A stretch of DNA of 62,895 nucleotides, the filler included, from Bigelowiella natans CCMP2755 (Eukaryota > Protista > Cercozoa): the NCBI GenBank assembly GCA_000320545.1. It is 7 parts of 7 records of this genome, joined end to end, with 100 filler letters (N's around TTAATTAATTAA, not from the genome) between each part and the next. Parts side by side here need not be neighbours in the genome. Positions count along the whole stretch, not along the records: positions 15,076 to 33,884 come from ADNK01000584.1; positions 33,985 to 55,000 come from ADNK01000856.1; 5 more parts are not named here. One strand, given 5' to 3'. Below the pieces are notes generated by a model, which had not been told where the DNA came from, made no database searches, and was given only the letters and a program-made list of their open reading frames with translations. The position numbers were made by a program, and so were the translations under genes. Below are positions 30,062 through 44,210 of this stretch, piece after piece. Every line of letters starts with the position of its first letter. Within the stretch, counting starts at the first letter, position 1.

Positions 30062-31146
30062 CTACCCATGCCCCAACAGTCCACCAGAGGGTAACAAACC
30101 AACAAAGAAAGTAATGGCTCTTCCAGCAAAATATCTTCTCACGCGTGCTTCCCCACCGCTAAATTCCTCAATTCCCGCCCGTTTCCTTCTTCTTGAGGGA
30201 GAACATTTTAGTTGATGCTTGGCGCAGTCACAGACGTTGTCGCCAGCTGATTTGAATCTAGCTCCACTTCCTAGACAAACACTGAAACCAACGCGGGACG
30301 TTGTGTGTCTTTTGAAGATGTGGCAAACTGTTTCCGCCATTTTCCTTCGAAGTTCGTCATGAGTATCCATCTTGTCGCTTTTTACCAGAAGGTTGTCCCA
30401 GTATTCCGTGAGGTTCCATTGTGTTTGGGATGCAACCGAAGAATTACCATCACTATCCGCCCTTCTGTCGTAATGACTGCATGCCCCATCCTTCCAGAAT
30501 CGCTTGTCAACCCAGCTTTTCTCGCATTGCTCGAATTCTCTCTGCTTATGACAGTAAATGGAACACTGCTCCCCGTTATGTAGGTGCACGAGATGATCTG
30601 CGCTGAACTTCTCCATCCAAACGTCTTTGTGTGTCAGGCGTACTCGATTGGGCTGCAGAAAGATGAATTTTGTCGCAAGAGCTTGAAGCGCTCGCGTAAT
30701 TGTCAATCTGTACCTGCAATACTGCAACACGAGCACGATCACAGACCTAGGGAGGTTCAGGCGATTCTGAAAGAATTTGAATCTAGGACAGACGTCTCGA
30801 ATCTCTGCTCGGCATGTGAGGGGTGGGAAAAGCAGATGAGGCGGCGCGCAGCGTTGTTGTGACTGACATCGGGTGCAATGGCGAACGGTCGGAACATCGA
30901 CGATCCACAGTGAAGACCTACATGAATGCGCAGAAAAACAAATCGATCGAGCTCAGAAACAAGTTAGTGATGTACTGCTAGCAAAAGCTCCAGTTCACCG
31001 CAGCAGCTGAAGCAGCGACTGTTCTCCAATGCTTCAAGCGCGACGAGATGCTCGCTGTCACGCTTTTTCACAGGTGGGGAGGGGCGATAGGAAGAAGTGA
31101 CAGAGGGGACGGAAAGAGGCGAGTGATGGTAGTTGAATAACTCCAT
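30062..31146 (-). CDS. Hypothetical Cys-rich protein (probably 2 exons)
   Basis: A frame stays open from ~30920 to 30062 with a short ATG exon at 31146. CFSC and CTRC motifs are present, but no family is recognised. Confidence 0.5.
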
Positions 31147-31319
31147 CCTGGGGACTGTTCGCGAGTCCGGCTCTGATTAGAATTTACCCGAATGAGGCAC
31201 GTCGACGGCTGGCTAAACTTGGCACATCAGTGTCCTAATAAATAAATGAATCATATCGGGCCGAAACCGGCGAAAAACCGCTTCGAATTCCAGATAAAAT
31301 CTGCCTGCGACGAGCTAGA

Positions 31320-33698
31320 ATGGCAACGAAATTGGCAGTTTATCGTTTGATGGTGTTGGATTCCTATAAATAGCATCTTTTGAGGAAAAATAAAACCTGG
31401 ACATTTCTCCTTAGTTTACGAGCTGTAGGTTGAAGGCACGGTGGAGAATATTTCCCTGTGGGGATCAACACCTGCGACAACCAAGATGCTGAGAAATACG
31501 CGGGAATGAGGAGCGCTCAACTCTTTGCTCAACGGAAAATCTTTGGGATGGGAATTTGCTACCTGCGACGTGATTTTTAGGAAGTCTTAGGCCCTCTATC
31601 GATTGCGCTTTTGGACGTACAAGGGTACGTCACCCCATCAGCTCGACCGGATCCTCTTTGTTCCAATTGATTTATAAAATGGTCAACAATTATTCTGTGC
31701 GTCAATGATATTTTCCAGTAGTATCCTGGTTTCCCCCCTCATTTACAGTAGCTGGGATCTCGTTCCGAACTCCAAGATCTTATTCTTAAGGAGAATGGCA
31801 TCCTAAAGGGAATTCCTATTGTCGACGTGAAGCATAACTTGAGACCAAGTGAACTTAAACTTGGAGCACAAGGTGAGAGCCAGCAAGAGGAAAAGCCTAT
31901 ACCCTCCGTTGTTGCATTCCATTTTCATTTTGATGTATTCTGACAATCTTGCCGTACGTGCAACATAACGGTTATGGATCAGTACGATTTGTCGGACGTG
32001 CTTTCTCCGATTCCTATTGTCATGTTTCGTTGCCGTCTTCGTTGAGGAAGAAAGCTAATGAAAGCTTTTGTTTGGCGCAACGAAAATCAAAGCATGTTGT
32101 TTTGAGCTAATGTAGATTGCTGATTGCAGGTCAAGAACGAACAGCTCCCTTTCCAAGGAAGGATGAACGGCTACGGTTATCCTCACCCCCGCAACAGCGA
32201 ATAACGATATAATGTTCCACAAAATTGTAGCATACCGACGATGGAAATTCTGAAACTAAGAGGATGGAAATGCATCCTCTTCACGAAAAAAAAAAGCATC
32301 GCGCGTAGCTGCTTGCTTCCTCAAAAATGCTTCCTCTGCGTTTTCATGTTGATTCTAGGCTGGGATTCGATGCTCACAGAATCTGGTGCAGACGGAGCTC
32401 CCTATCGTGCGCTATCAAGGCTCGATGTGAGTACTTCGACGGCAGACACACATGTTTGCTCGCCTGGGTGTTTCTGCTGTGTATTTCGAAATGTGAAAGG
32501 CGTTTCGGAGGCGATGGTGTACTGTCGTTCACTCGTTTTATCGTTCTGCCAATCCCTAACCCATGCCATCCTGTGAATTCGAGGTTCCGGAGAAGGGGAG
32601 AAGGCGGCAGTCCGGTAGACAAGCGCTGACCACCCCCCACTCGGAATGCTCGAAGCTCTCAGCTGACGGTAACTATTACTTGACCATCGCACGCATGCAC
32701 TGCCAAAGGAGAGACGAGAAATGGGGAAATAGAAGGGAGTAGCAGGGGAGGCAATATAGACGTGCCAATGGTTTCACATTGCCCTCGCTCTTTATTATGC
32801 TGCTGTTACGATCTAGATGAGTACTGTGTGGCGCTCTCTGCGTTTCACGGCAACAACTGGGAGGGGGAACTGTCGTTCGAGGAAGGCCAGAGGATAAGAA
32901 TACTCAAGCGGGATCCCTCTGACTGGTGAGCGATGGCAGAGAAAGAGAATTGCAGCAAAACCTGAAAAGATTTCGAGACTTGTAGCACCCCCCTCACGCA
33001 CTCACGCACGATCATCAATCAGCCACTCTCCGCTTATTGGCTCTATTCCTCTGCCTAACTTGTTGTTGTTGTTATTATTTATTTTTTTTAGGTGGACTGG
33101 GGAGATAATTGGCCCTGGAGGTCGAAAGGTTCGGGGGCTTTTCCCGCGCACGTATGTAGGAATAGCGCCCTCGGAGGCGAGCGAGGCTACCGAGATCAAG
33201 CACATCGATCCTCAGTGGGCTGCAAATATCCAATCGCAGGTGGCGATATGAACGATAATGCCATACCGATGATGTGAGGATGACAACATACCTCGCATGG
33301 GACGATATCACGTTTTTTGCACTGCCGCTGTTTCTCCCCCTCCCCGATCATGACGCTCGTTAACCTCGTCTTTCTCTTTGGCTCCTTAGGTGTCCATCTG
33401 CTTTGTGGATGCTCTGGCTCTGATTCCGCTGGCGATGATGAAAACTCGAGTGGCCATTAACGCTTCTCTGTTTATAAATGTGATGCCCTCGTGTAGTAGA
33501 ACAAGAGGAACGCGGGCGGGGAGGAGGGGGGGATGCGTGTCAATTTAATCGTCATCACACACGCACACATACATTGCGTACAGTCTTGTATAATTCGTTA
33601 ATTTCGCCAGATCTTCATAATGTGCTGGCAGTACGTCAGGTTCCGAAAGGGCCGAGCGAAGGTATCATATAAATATGTCTGTGTGTGTGCGCGCGCGC

Positions 33699-33739
<41 letters not shown>

Positions 33740-33870
33740 CAGCAGCCCTCTTGGAATTAGCTGACACTTTATGTCGCATTCTTCGCAGATTTTTCCCAAA
33801 GTCTGGCAAATGGGGATCTGTTGCGTCATCTCCACCATCTTCATGCACTCCTCCATTTCCTTCCACATGT
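31320..33870 (+). CDS. SH3-domain protein (ends uncertain)
   Basis: Exons 32817-32925 and 33092-33160 give YCVALSAFHGNNWEGELSFEEGQRIRILKRDPSDW|WTGEIIGPGGRKVRGLFPRTYV, a canonical SH3 domain. Confidence 0.75.
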
Positions 33871-34172
33871 AAGAGAGAGAGGGGNNNNNNNNNNNNNNNN
33901 NNNNNNNNNNNNNNNNNNNNNNNNNNNNTTAATTAATTAANNNNNNNNNNNNNNNNNNNNNNNNNNNNNNNNNNNNNNNNNNNNTCAAGAAATTGATTCA
34001 GTAAGTGTGTGTGTGTGTGTGTGTAATTATCGTGTCTGAATAGGTGTAGAAAGACACCAATAAAGGAGATATGTATAGTAAAACACACACACACACACAC
34101 ACACACACGCGCGCGAGCGCGCGCGCATATTTCAGCAATATATGAATAATTAAATACCTGTAATCCTACAAA

Positions 34173-34555
34173 GGCGATCCGTCCCGCGATATCTCCGTGA
34201 CGATGTCAAGCGCAATAAAGAAATGGCGCAAGAATCTATGGGAAGACACCAAAGTAAAAGAAGCACGTGGAGGAGGAAGAGAAATAGAATGATGCCGCAA
34301 GTATTACGAACTTATCTCTCCCTCCTCCTCTCCTCTCCGTCCTCCCCTCCTCTTCCTCCACCTGCTGCTCCTCCTCTTGTCTCGCAGGCTTCCTGGATGA
34401 TATGGTGGCCTTGCAATCTCGTCAACTTCGGTACAATTGCTAAATGCAGCCACAAATGATGCGGCAGATGATGAATACCTGTGTGCGTCATCGATGATGG
34501 ATACTACCTCTGCATATCTTGTGGAAATTGGCATCTGACTACTCGCTCACTCACA

Positions 34556-34593
<38 letters not shown>

Positions 34594-35602
34594 AAAATAT
34601 CTGTTCTGTCGAATGTGCGTTTATTCCCATTATGACAGGGTTCATGCCGATGCACTATCGTATCCCCTTCATGGCGGTGTGCTCCTTCGCTTTCTGCGTC
34701 GTGATCTCTCTCATGAGAGGAGGGGGAGAGGTAGTAGTACTACTATTAGTGAGAAGAAGAAAGAGAGAGAGGTGCCGACTACGCAGACCCACGGCTATTA
34801 GTGTAACTTGATGCTGTCTGTTTGCTGTGTGTGTGTAGAAAAAACTCACCAAGGAAGCTTCGGAGCTGGCAAAGGCAATCAGCTCATCAAAACTTGGTGT
34901 GCATAGACACAGACAGCGAAGACGATGATGTTGATGATGACGAGGAGGAGGAAGAGAGGGAAGAGGAGGATTACGAATTTACGATCCATACGATTTGTAT
35001 TTCTCCACCTTCTTTCCTATGCTCCTCCATACCCACTCTTTTGACTGACTGCTACTGCCCTACTACCTCTGCTGCCTCTGCTACTGCTGCTGCTGCATCT
35101 GCTATATTTCTTCCTGTACTACAGACACGGATGCTTTCGTCGCCCTTATCAGAAAAACACACGAGAAGGGCCTGCTCAAGTCCGAGCAGGTGTCGTTTAT
35201 TCTTGCTGCTATGATGTGATAACAGAGAGTATCAGTCATTGAGGCAGGAGAACGGAGAGAGGCAGCTAGTTCGAAAATGAAATACTGTCGTTGTTGTTGT
35301 TGTTGTTGTTGCTGTTGTTGCTGCTGCTGCTGTGGCTGTTGTTATTTTCTCCAGGGAATCTCCTACCCTGCGTTCGTAAAAGTCATGACACAGATCGGTG
35401 AGCAGTGCTACCAACAAAAACACAGCCAATAGCAAAACTGAACCGTTGAAGAAGATGGGGCATGAGGACTAGTTGTTAAGATATTCGTCATTTGGTTGTT
35501 TTGCGATATGATTCTCCTCGAAGTGGACACCGTATAATGTATTTCCCTTATCGTGATACAAGAAGATGATTGTTCAGTACTTGTCCTCACTCTCTCCTCT
35601 CA

Positions 35603-35639
<37 letters not shown>

Positions 35640-36575
35640 CTATATTCACCAGGGCTTACGGACGAGAAGGTCGTCAAGGCCTTGTTCCAATGCGCTGATG
35701 TTGATAGCAACGGAGGCATCGATACCTCCGAGATGGCTGCACTTCTCATCCTCCTCGCATGTACTGCCATCGTCGCCGTCGTCGTCGCGTGTCGTAGAGC
35801 TCACAGTAGTTCGGTGGTAGTTATGATTGTATTTGGCGGGGTTTGGCAAGAAGAAGAAGATGATGATGATGATAATAAGGACGGAAGATATCGTACATCG
35901 ACCCTCTCTATCTTCTCGTCGTGGAGAGGCATTTTGATCATGGCGGTGATGGCGATGTGGCGTGTTGTGTCTCTAGGCCAAGATATTGGTTCTACGAAAG
36001 CAGCGAAGTTTGTGTTTCAGTGCTTCGATCTTGATCAATCCGGGTCATAGCAACACCATGCACAGTCTCCTTCTTTCTCTGATCGTCGTTGCACCCCCTT
36101 TCATAAACAAAACTCCTTTTGATATAGCAGGGAAATAGCAACGCGTGCATGCATGTGGGGGGGGGGGGAGATGGTGGGCCATAATTAGCTGCCGTGAGAA
36201 AAAAAAAGCATTTCCCCCCTCTCTGTACTGCTACAAGCGGTTGGTTGCTGCTGCTGATTGTTGCATCAATAAATAATGCTGATGATGGCACACGTAGATA
36301 TGTGGATTGGAACGAGCTAAAGAGCATGCTCTATGGCGTGCTGACAGTTCGTGAGGCCACCCTGGTGGGTGTAATTACCTGAAGTTGATGATTATGATGA
36401 TGATGATAACGATGATGATGAGCTTCCAAAAATAGGTTAGTTTTCAGCCGTTCGTTCACACGACAATTGTTGTGCTTGCGACGGAGCCCACGACCACAAG
36501 AATTGATCGTTCTCATTGAGAAATTTCGAAGCAATAGATTCAGTCATTTTTTTACTGACTTGCTACTACTGTCTT

Positions 36576-36613
<38 letters not shown>

Positions 36614-36788
36614 CCTTTCTCTATTCTGTTCTCTTTGTGTGGTGTAAAAACAATCTAAGGTGAATGGAGGCGACGTAAACCCTGAAGAGGTGAGGAGGAG
36701 GACGATATTCACAAGAAGCATACAAGCACACGATTCCACAGGATACATATAAATATATTATTTTTATTTAGAGTGTGCACATGTATGA

Positions 36789-36825
<37 letters not shown>

Positions 36826-37159
36826 AATCGCAGTACATAGTATAACTACACGCTTACATCAGCAGCAGCTCTTCCAACTACAACGACAACTCACACAATA
36901 CTACCACTCCTCCTACCGTCATCACTCACAAGGCGATGGATAGCCTAGTTTCAGGTTCTGGGGAGGCCAAAGAGCTTGAAGACCTCTCAGCAGAACAGAA
37001 GGCGCAGTACCGTCTCGGCGCTCTTAAGAAAAAGTTTCCAAGGTTTCGCGGCCCTGCAGGTCGTAAAGAGGATTGTAGTAGAATAGTAGTAGTAGTAGTA
37101 GTAGTAGTAGTAGCAGTAGTAGTTGTTGTTGTAATAGGGTGGTAGTAGATATGGTGAAA

Positions 37160-37191
<32 letters not shown>

Positions 37192-38046
37192 GAAGAGAGA
37201 AATAAACTACAATTCATCGATCAAATCTGTAGCAACTGTTTTCCACCACCCCCTCTCCCACCACCACCACCTCCACCACTACTATCACTATTACATGCAC
37301 GTATGATGACCTTTTACATCTCACGTCACGCCACAACGTCAGGAGAGGGAATCACTCTTGAGCAGATTCTGCAGTATGAGGTAGCAAAGAATGAATGCCC
37401 CACCCACTCTACAAATATCACGGATAATCGTTGCCGAATCTTCTCGATTTGCCATGGGAGGAGGAAAGAATTTCTTACAAAACGCGTTGTTGCCTCCTCC
37501 TTAAGATTGATCCCTAATGAATTTCGGTCAGGCGGAACAGCTAGCCACCCAAATCGTCAGTGAAGCTGACCGGGTAGAACATACAAACACCGCACAAACA
37601 TACACTCTCTCTCTCTCTCTCTCTCTCTCGTTCGCCTTTATCTTGGCGGCGCTGTAACGACCAGCCTTCCCCTCCTTAGATTCTCTCGTTACAACTTTCT
37701 TCTCCTTTTGCCATCCTACTTCCCTTGGTCAATTGTCTGACATTCTTTGGGCCAAATTAGTTTTCATGCTGGATGACAAATGAACAAATGAAAGGCCCTT
37801 TGCACTTGGGCAGCGGCGTGTTGCTTCTGTCATTATGATCATTTGGAGCAACGTGCTTTGTGTTAGACATCATCATCATCATCGTTATCCCCCGTTCAGA
37901 ATGGTTTGTGATTTTCTGTCCATGGTATTGCGCTCCCTCCCCCCGCTTTCTTCGTTTCTTCTTTTCTTCATCAGGGTGATGTCGATGGCAGGGTCACCGA
38001 GGAAGAGTTCATTGCATGGATGAAGACAGGTACTCCGCAAATCTAG
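34173..38046 (+). CDS. Mpv17/PMP22-family membrane protein fused to C-terminal EF-hands (5' end in the gap)
   Basis: KKWRKNLWEDTK|ASWMIWWPCNLVNF|GFMPMHYRIPFMAVCSFAFCVVISLMRG is Mpv17/PMP22. Phase-compatible exons continue to EF loops DVDSNGGIDTSE, DLDQSG|YVDWNE and ADR|GDVDGRVTEEEF. Confidence 0.75.
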
Positions 38047-38244
38047 AAATGTCGTTGGTGGGCATTTATTCTGGCTCCTGATGTTCATCAAATCTTGACA
38101 CGAATTGCTACTAACAACCAGAAACTGCCGGCGGAAAGAGATTGCAGTCGCTTTTCAGCTCCGCGCTTCCACAATGAATGCAAAAATTTGCAAATGCACC
38201 ACTTTCTTCAAGCTGTCCTCTGAAGTTCACTCTCGTGCTACAAG

Positions 38245-38654
38245 TTTGCAACATGCGAAGATGGCACCTGGCAGCGCAGATGAACACCCTCACTAGCTGA
38301 TGCATCTTGTGTGGTGACAGGCATTGACGTGATGTGCATGGAAGGTGCTGATCAATTCATGCAAATGTAATAGAAGATTCGTTCTTTGATGTGAATGCAT
38401 GTACATCACGCAGCACCCATGTGATTTTTTTGGTGATGGGACATGCGTCACACATGGCATGCGACACTAGCTAGCTAGTCAGCACAGCTAGCTGCGTCAC
38501 CACGGCACGTTCAAATGACACCGTCCAGCGCGGCACGTGCGTCGTGGTGCACATTTCTCACTTGCCAAGCAGGCACGCAGTCTAGCAGTGGCTGTCACAG
38601 CACGTGCCAAAGATGGCACGAAGTGCACCAAAACGCAAACATTGCACGAGCATC
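38245..38654. repeat. Degenerate interspersed repeat, blocks A (38245-38399) and B (38417-38654)
   Basis: Block A matches 44532-44676 directly (TTTGCAACATGCGAAGATGGCA...GCTGATGCATCTTGTGTGGTGA...TTGATGTGAATGCA). Block B matches the reverse complement of 44322-44517 (CAAAACGCAAACATTGCA.GAGCA). Confidence 0.8.
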
Positions 38655-39184
38655 ATGTCCAGGTGTCCAGATTGTCAGATGTGTTTACCAACGATGGGAC
38701 GTGACGTGCTGACGACACCTCAGACCTGCTAGCCATGCTGGCATGGCCAGCTAGCCAGCCTTGTCTCACGTTGCGTTTTCTGACGACGGGACAACTTTTC
38801 AATTGTGCAAGTTGTGAAGGTGCAAGTGTGTGACATCTAGTTCGTCATCTGCTGGTCTGGTCATTGTTCCACGTCAGCACATGCAACACACCGTTGATCG
38901 AGCAAGCACAGAACGCAATGCAAGCTGCTCTTTCCACCTGCTGGATCAGCACAAGCTGTCAGAGCTTGCGTTCACTTGGTGACGTTTCATTGCGCTCGAT
39001 TGATTTCTGTGACACTTTTCGACGTCGACATTTCAGTGAGCTGGCCACGCACAATGTGGCAACTTGCACCTTCCTCGACACGCACACACACACACACACA
39101 CAAGAGAGGGAGAGAGAGAAGGAGAGGGAGAGGACTCTTTCCTGCAAGTTGTCGTGGCAACCTCTGTTCACGAGGCGATTGCAA

Positions 39185-39295
39185 CGACAACAACCACTAC
39201 AACACCAACAACAACTACCAACAACAACCAACAACAACCACAACCAACAACAACAACAAGCAGCAACAACAACAACAACCACAACAACTAACAGT
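39185..39295. repeat. Imperfect (CAA)n tract upstream of MTR kinase
   Basis: Directly visible. Confidence 0.9.
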
Positions 39296-39455
39296 AGAAA
39301 TAATTTAAAAAGCGGCCCTCGAAATAATTAAACCCTCGTCGCTGGAAAATAGGAGATTCGTTCGTTCGTTCCGTTCGCTGGCACCAGCTAGCCCTCCCCA
39401 TCCTCAACGTACCTCAGGACTGAGACAGCCTTTCCCCTCCTCGCAACGGTGAAGG

Positions 39456-39634
39456 ATGTCAGAATCGACGGAGGAATCAAAGTTCCAGGTGGAGGCGTTG
39501 GGTTTGCTCGCGAAGACACCAGAGCTGCTTAAGCACCTCGGGGTCACGTCAGTCATCGATGCGGTAACGACAATAGAGGGAGAGTGAGAGGGGGGGAGGA
39601 GAGAAAGAGAGAGAGTTGATAGATAGATAGATGT

Positions 39635-39690
<56 letters not shown>

Positions 39691-40991
39691 TTCGAACCAG
39701 GGGTGAACGAGGTCTTTGAGTATTCCGGCGCCGTAGTCGTGCTCGTTGCGAGCTTTCTCTTCATATCCCAATGTCAGTTTGAGGGTATAGCTTCTATTCT
39801 CTGATGGTAATTGGTTCTCCTTCCCCTCTCGTTCCCCTTCCCTCCATTTCCTTCCCTATCAGGACATCAGGGAGGTAGGAACGGGCAACCTCAACTTTAT
39901 CTTCCGTGTCGTTGGTCCCAAGGGCTCGCTCGTCGTCAAGAAAGCGCCTCCTTACATTCGGGTACAATACTATAAACAAGGGGAGTGGAAAGTGAACCGA
40001 CGGACTGCTGCATTACTTGAAACGAACGCGCGGCAAGCGAAGGTCTGATTGATACTTGACACGCTACGCATATGATCCAACTCAGCTCGTTGGGAAGTCT
40101 TGGCCTCTGCCTGCCAGCCGCATCATGTTCGAGCAGGAGTACATCGCTGTAGCGAATCGCCTAGCGCCTGGATCCTGTCCAAAGGTAGGTAGGTAGGTTG
40201 GTAGGCACAAAGGGGGTATGCTTACGAATCTTACTGTGGAAAAAGCCGGAACTGCTTTTACTAATCATATGGCTGCTGGTGACCACAGATCTACTCGAGC
40301 GACCAAAAGCGCTTCATCGTCGTGATGGAGGTAATTTGGGCTTGGGGGGCGGGGGCAGGACACTAGATGAACGTGTCTGCTGTTTCTGAGCTTTGAAGCA
40401 ACTCATAGGATCTCTCGGAGATGAAAGTGTGGAGGGAAGAGATAGCGAAAGGAGGTCATTGTTCTTTAGTAGTTGCAGAGAAAGGAAAATCACAGGTCAT
40501 GAGGCATATCTTTGCCATCATGATGGGGCCTTCTCTTTGCCCGTTTCCTTCCTCATCTCTCTTACGCTCTCCGTGTTGTTGAAATTGTTTTGCATTTGAA
40601 CCCATTATCATTTATGTCTTCGGTTCGTCGTCGTCGTCGTCGTCGTCGTCTTCTCCGCAAAAACCACTCCATAACCTCTGCAACAATGGAAACTACAAGT
40701 GATACACCAAGGCGTGGGGAGAGATGTTGGAAGATACCTGGCAAATGTCCACTTCGGGTACATCCACAGCCATACGATTGGTGTTAGAAAAGCAACTACA
40801 CAGAGCAAGAACAGACAGCAGGGAAAATGAACGTCTCTGCTTGTTTGTTGCGGAGCTTAGAATTCCTCTGATAATCGTAGAACCAGTAGTCTGGCCGAAC
40901 CCCTTGAATCGCGATATACGAAGGCAGCTCATTTTCAACAAAATATTAAGCTTATTGAGGTCATCACCGGGTGTCTATATCCTTTATGTGT

Positions 40992-41044
<53 letters not shown>

Positions 41045-42617
41045 AACGCACATAAGGATGCAATTCTGTAGTAGCAGCAGCAGTAATACCATTTAAGTAA
41101 GACTGCCAGCACCCACCGCACGCCATTTTCCCTTCTTTTGGACGGACTGACTGAGGGAGGGAGAGAAGGAAGGAGGGAGGAGCAACAACCTGTCGAGTTT
41201 TGAACACCATCGCCGAAATAATCAGGTGACTCTGAAGGTATTCTTCCAAGACCCGTATTATGATTGTCCTATCAACGGATGGAAGAAGAGGTGGGGAACT
41301 CACTAGTTTTGTACGTGAGAGGAGTAAAACGCCCCTCAGTTGTTGCCAACTCAATGAAAGGAGTTACTCTCATTTTCTGTGTGGTTGCGGTGGCGGTCTC
41401 GGTGCTGCCAACAATGCAGAGCGCCCGATTTGAAGGAGGCTGTTTCGAAGCTACAAGCTGACGAGAACGTGAAATCATCCGTCTATTTTCTCAAAGACAG
41501 GTGGCGAGGAAGAAGATGACGGAGATGATGAAAGTGTATGATGATGATGATGATTAAGATGATGATGATGATGATAATCATGGGGATGTGAAGGAGAGAG
41601 GATGGTTGTAGTACGAATGAAGACGATGCGACAACCGAATTGTAAACGACGGCAATTAGACGCCGGTATTGATGATGATAACGATGCTGGTGATTGTGAT
41701 GATGATGAGGATGATGATGATGATGATGATGATCCAGGTTTATTAACGCACCCCAAGCGCTTCTCCACGGCGATCTCCATACAGGTGTGGTTCGAGTTAG
41801 GATGATTATATCGACACGACGAAGAAGGAGAAGAAGAAGAAGAGGAAAAAGAAGAAGAAGAAGAAGAAGAGGAAGAATGTGATGAAGATGGTGGTGAGAT
41901 CTTGCTGCTTTGTAGCACTGCACATCGTGAAAGCAGGAGGGATATAGCATGTAGCGATGCTGTACTGCCACTTACGTGTAATAAAACTGGAACAGGATCG
42001 ATCTTTGTGAGCGGCAGGAAGCAAGAAACCATCGAGCAGATTTCCCAAATGAAGCAACAGCAGGGTAGAAGTGGGAGACGGACACTTCTGAAGCGCAAAA
42101 CAGTTGCTTTCGACTGCGAATTCACGTTCTACGGGCCCATGGGATTTGATATCGGTAATGTGTGAAAAATGTCAAAAGAAAGAGAGGATGAGGATGAGAG
42201 GGTGCTTACACGTACACATATACACCACCCCACCACTCACATAGTACCATATATGAAGATATCGTAATGATCGGTAGACATATTGACGTAATAATAATGA
42301 TGCGGATGATAATAATTATGAGAATGATGATGATAATATCGATAATATGTGCAACGACTCCTCACATGGAACTATGTATTGGTGGACGATATAGAGAGTG
42401 GATGCAGTTTCATTCTTCGTTTCGCCGGCGCGCGCTTTTCTTCTCCTACTCCTCCCCTCACCACACTACGCATCAGGTCAACTGATTGGCAATATCTGCA
42501 TGGGAGCGTTTGCACAAGTGCTACATATGAAACATGTCGAGGAGCGAAGCCAGAAGCAGGTAAGGACATTTAGATAAGTAATGTATAGAAACTTCTTTAA
42601 ATATAAATTGTGTGTGC

Positions 42618-42658
<41 letters not shown>

Positions 42659-43565
42659 TCTGCTCACTTCTTTTTCCAAACGCCACCCGCCGCCACAGTC
42701 ATGCTCTATGCATCTCGCCAAACAAATCACCGAGCTCTGGGGCGCCTACGTGAAGAGCTTCGAGTCCCAATTCCGGCAGCAAGCGTGCGATAGAAATGCC
42801 AATAAAGAAGAAGATGATAATGATGATGATGATGATGATGAAGCCGCCAACGGCGAGGAGAGAAAGAACGGCAAGAGTCAGAAGCGTGTGAGGACACCTT
42901 TCCCTGGAAATGATCCCTCTCTCATAGCGAAGCTGCTCAATGGTAGTAGTTAACGTTAGCAGCAGCCGTTAGTCTTGATTTGTCGTTGTAGCTGTAGCAA
43001 TGGTAGTCGTAGTCGTAGTTGTTGTTGTTGTTGTTGTTGTTGCTCTCGTACGTCGTTGTTGTCTTGTGCTTCTTGAGCCCTCACTCGGTCAAACGCGGAG
43101 GAGTAAGACAACGAGATGAAGTCGAGGCTGCGCTGACTGTCGTTACCAGCACAACCACCACCTCCTCACTCATATGTGTCATATCTCACAGGTGTGTGGG
43201 CCGACGCTCATGGTTTCGCGTGCTTGGCCATTATTCGAAGGTATATATCTGCACCACGTTAATCTTAAATGGTTTTCTCTCCAATGCATCCGAATAAAAA
43301 TTGATCTTGTTATTCTCATAGCCTGATACATAGCTGCATGCTGCGAAATCTTCGTCCCCGTTTATTCAGGATAATAGGTATTGCAGACGCCCCTGAGATG
43401 CGGGTCGGCACAGCTGCCCGCACGAAGATAGCCAAAGTGGCGCTCAACTTCGCGCATAAACAACTCCTCGCGCTCCCCTCATCCCCAAGTGACGGGCATG
43501 TGGAAGGGATAACGAGATTTTGCAAAGCCCTCTCCAAAGCTATTACCCTGTGCTTCCTTACATGA
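39456..43565 (+). CDS. mtnK: 5-methylthioribose kinase (methionine salvage)
   Basis: [13 protein letters not shown]...VKKAPPYIR|[25 protein letters not shown]|[30 protein letters not shown]|RIIGIA. Confidence 0.92.
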
Positions 43566-44210
43566 TAAGCCAGGTCGAATTCAAAGTCAATGCCACGCTG
43601 CATAATGAATTGCGGCTTGTGACAGATAAACACAATGACATGCAGATTCGGAATTAACATGTGAATGCGTAGCATTAGTCGTACAGATATATTTCTTTGC
43701 AACGTTGCGGTACATTACATGCTGCTTTTAATGAGGTGCTCAGAATGGCATCTACCATTTGTTTGCGCGCGAGCAATATGTCATTGCGCGTCGATGTGAC
43801 AAGAGGGCGGGCATGTCTCTCCAGCTGCATACGTGGTTTATGAGAGTCGGAAACACGCACATAAATCTGCACATTTCGGTTGGGATTCATGGAAGAGTGA
43901 TACTTTCGAGTGGACACGAAGAAGAAACAGCAAGTACATAGCCAGATAGCAATGCGTGCATTAAGATCGAATATCATGGGATTGCGAAAATTCGAAATCA
44001 AAAGTCGCCTAAGATTTCAGCAATGAAAGCTACCTACCTAGCACGATACGCACGCCTATTGTGCAATGAATGGAACATGTATAATGAACGGGAAAATTTG
44101 TTCTGAATAGTCATTTCTGTCCATCGTAGCTTGGGGTGTCTTGTGCATCCTTTTTTGGTGTACACATGCATGTGCATATGTACATACATGCATGTATGTT
44201 TACAGTGTCT

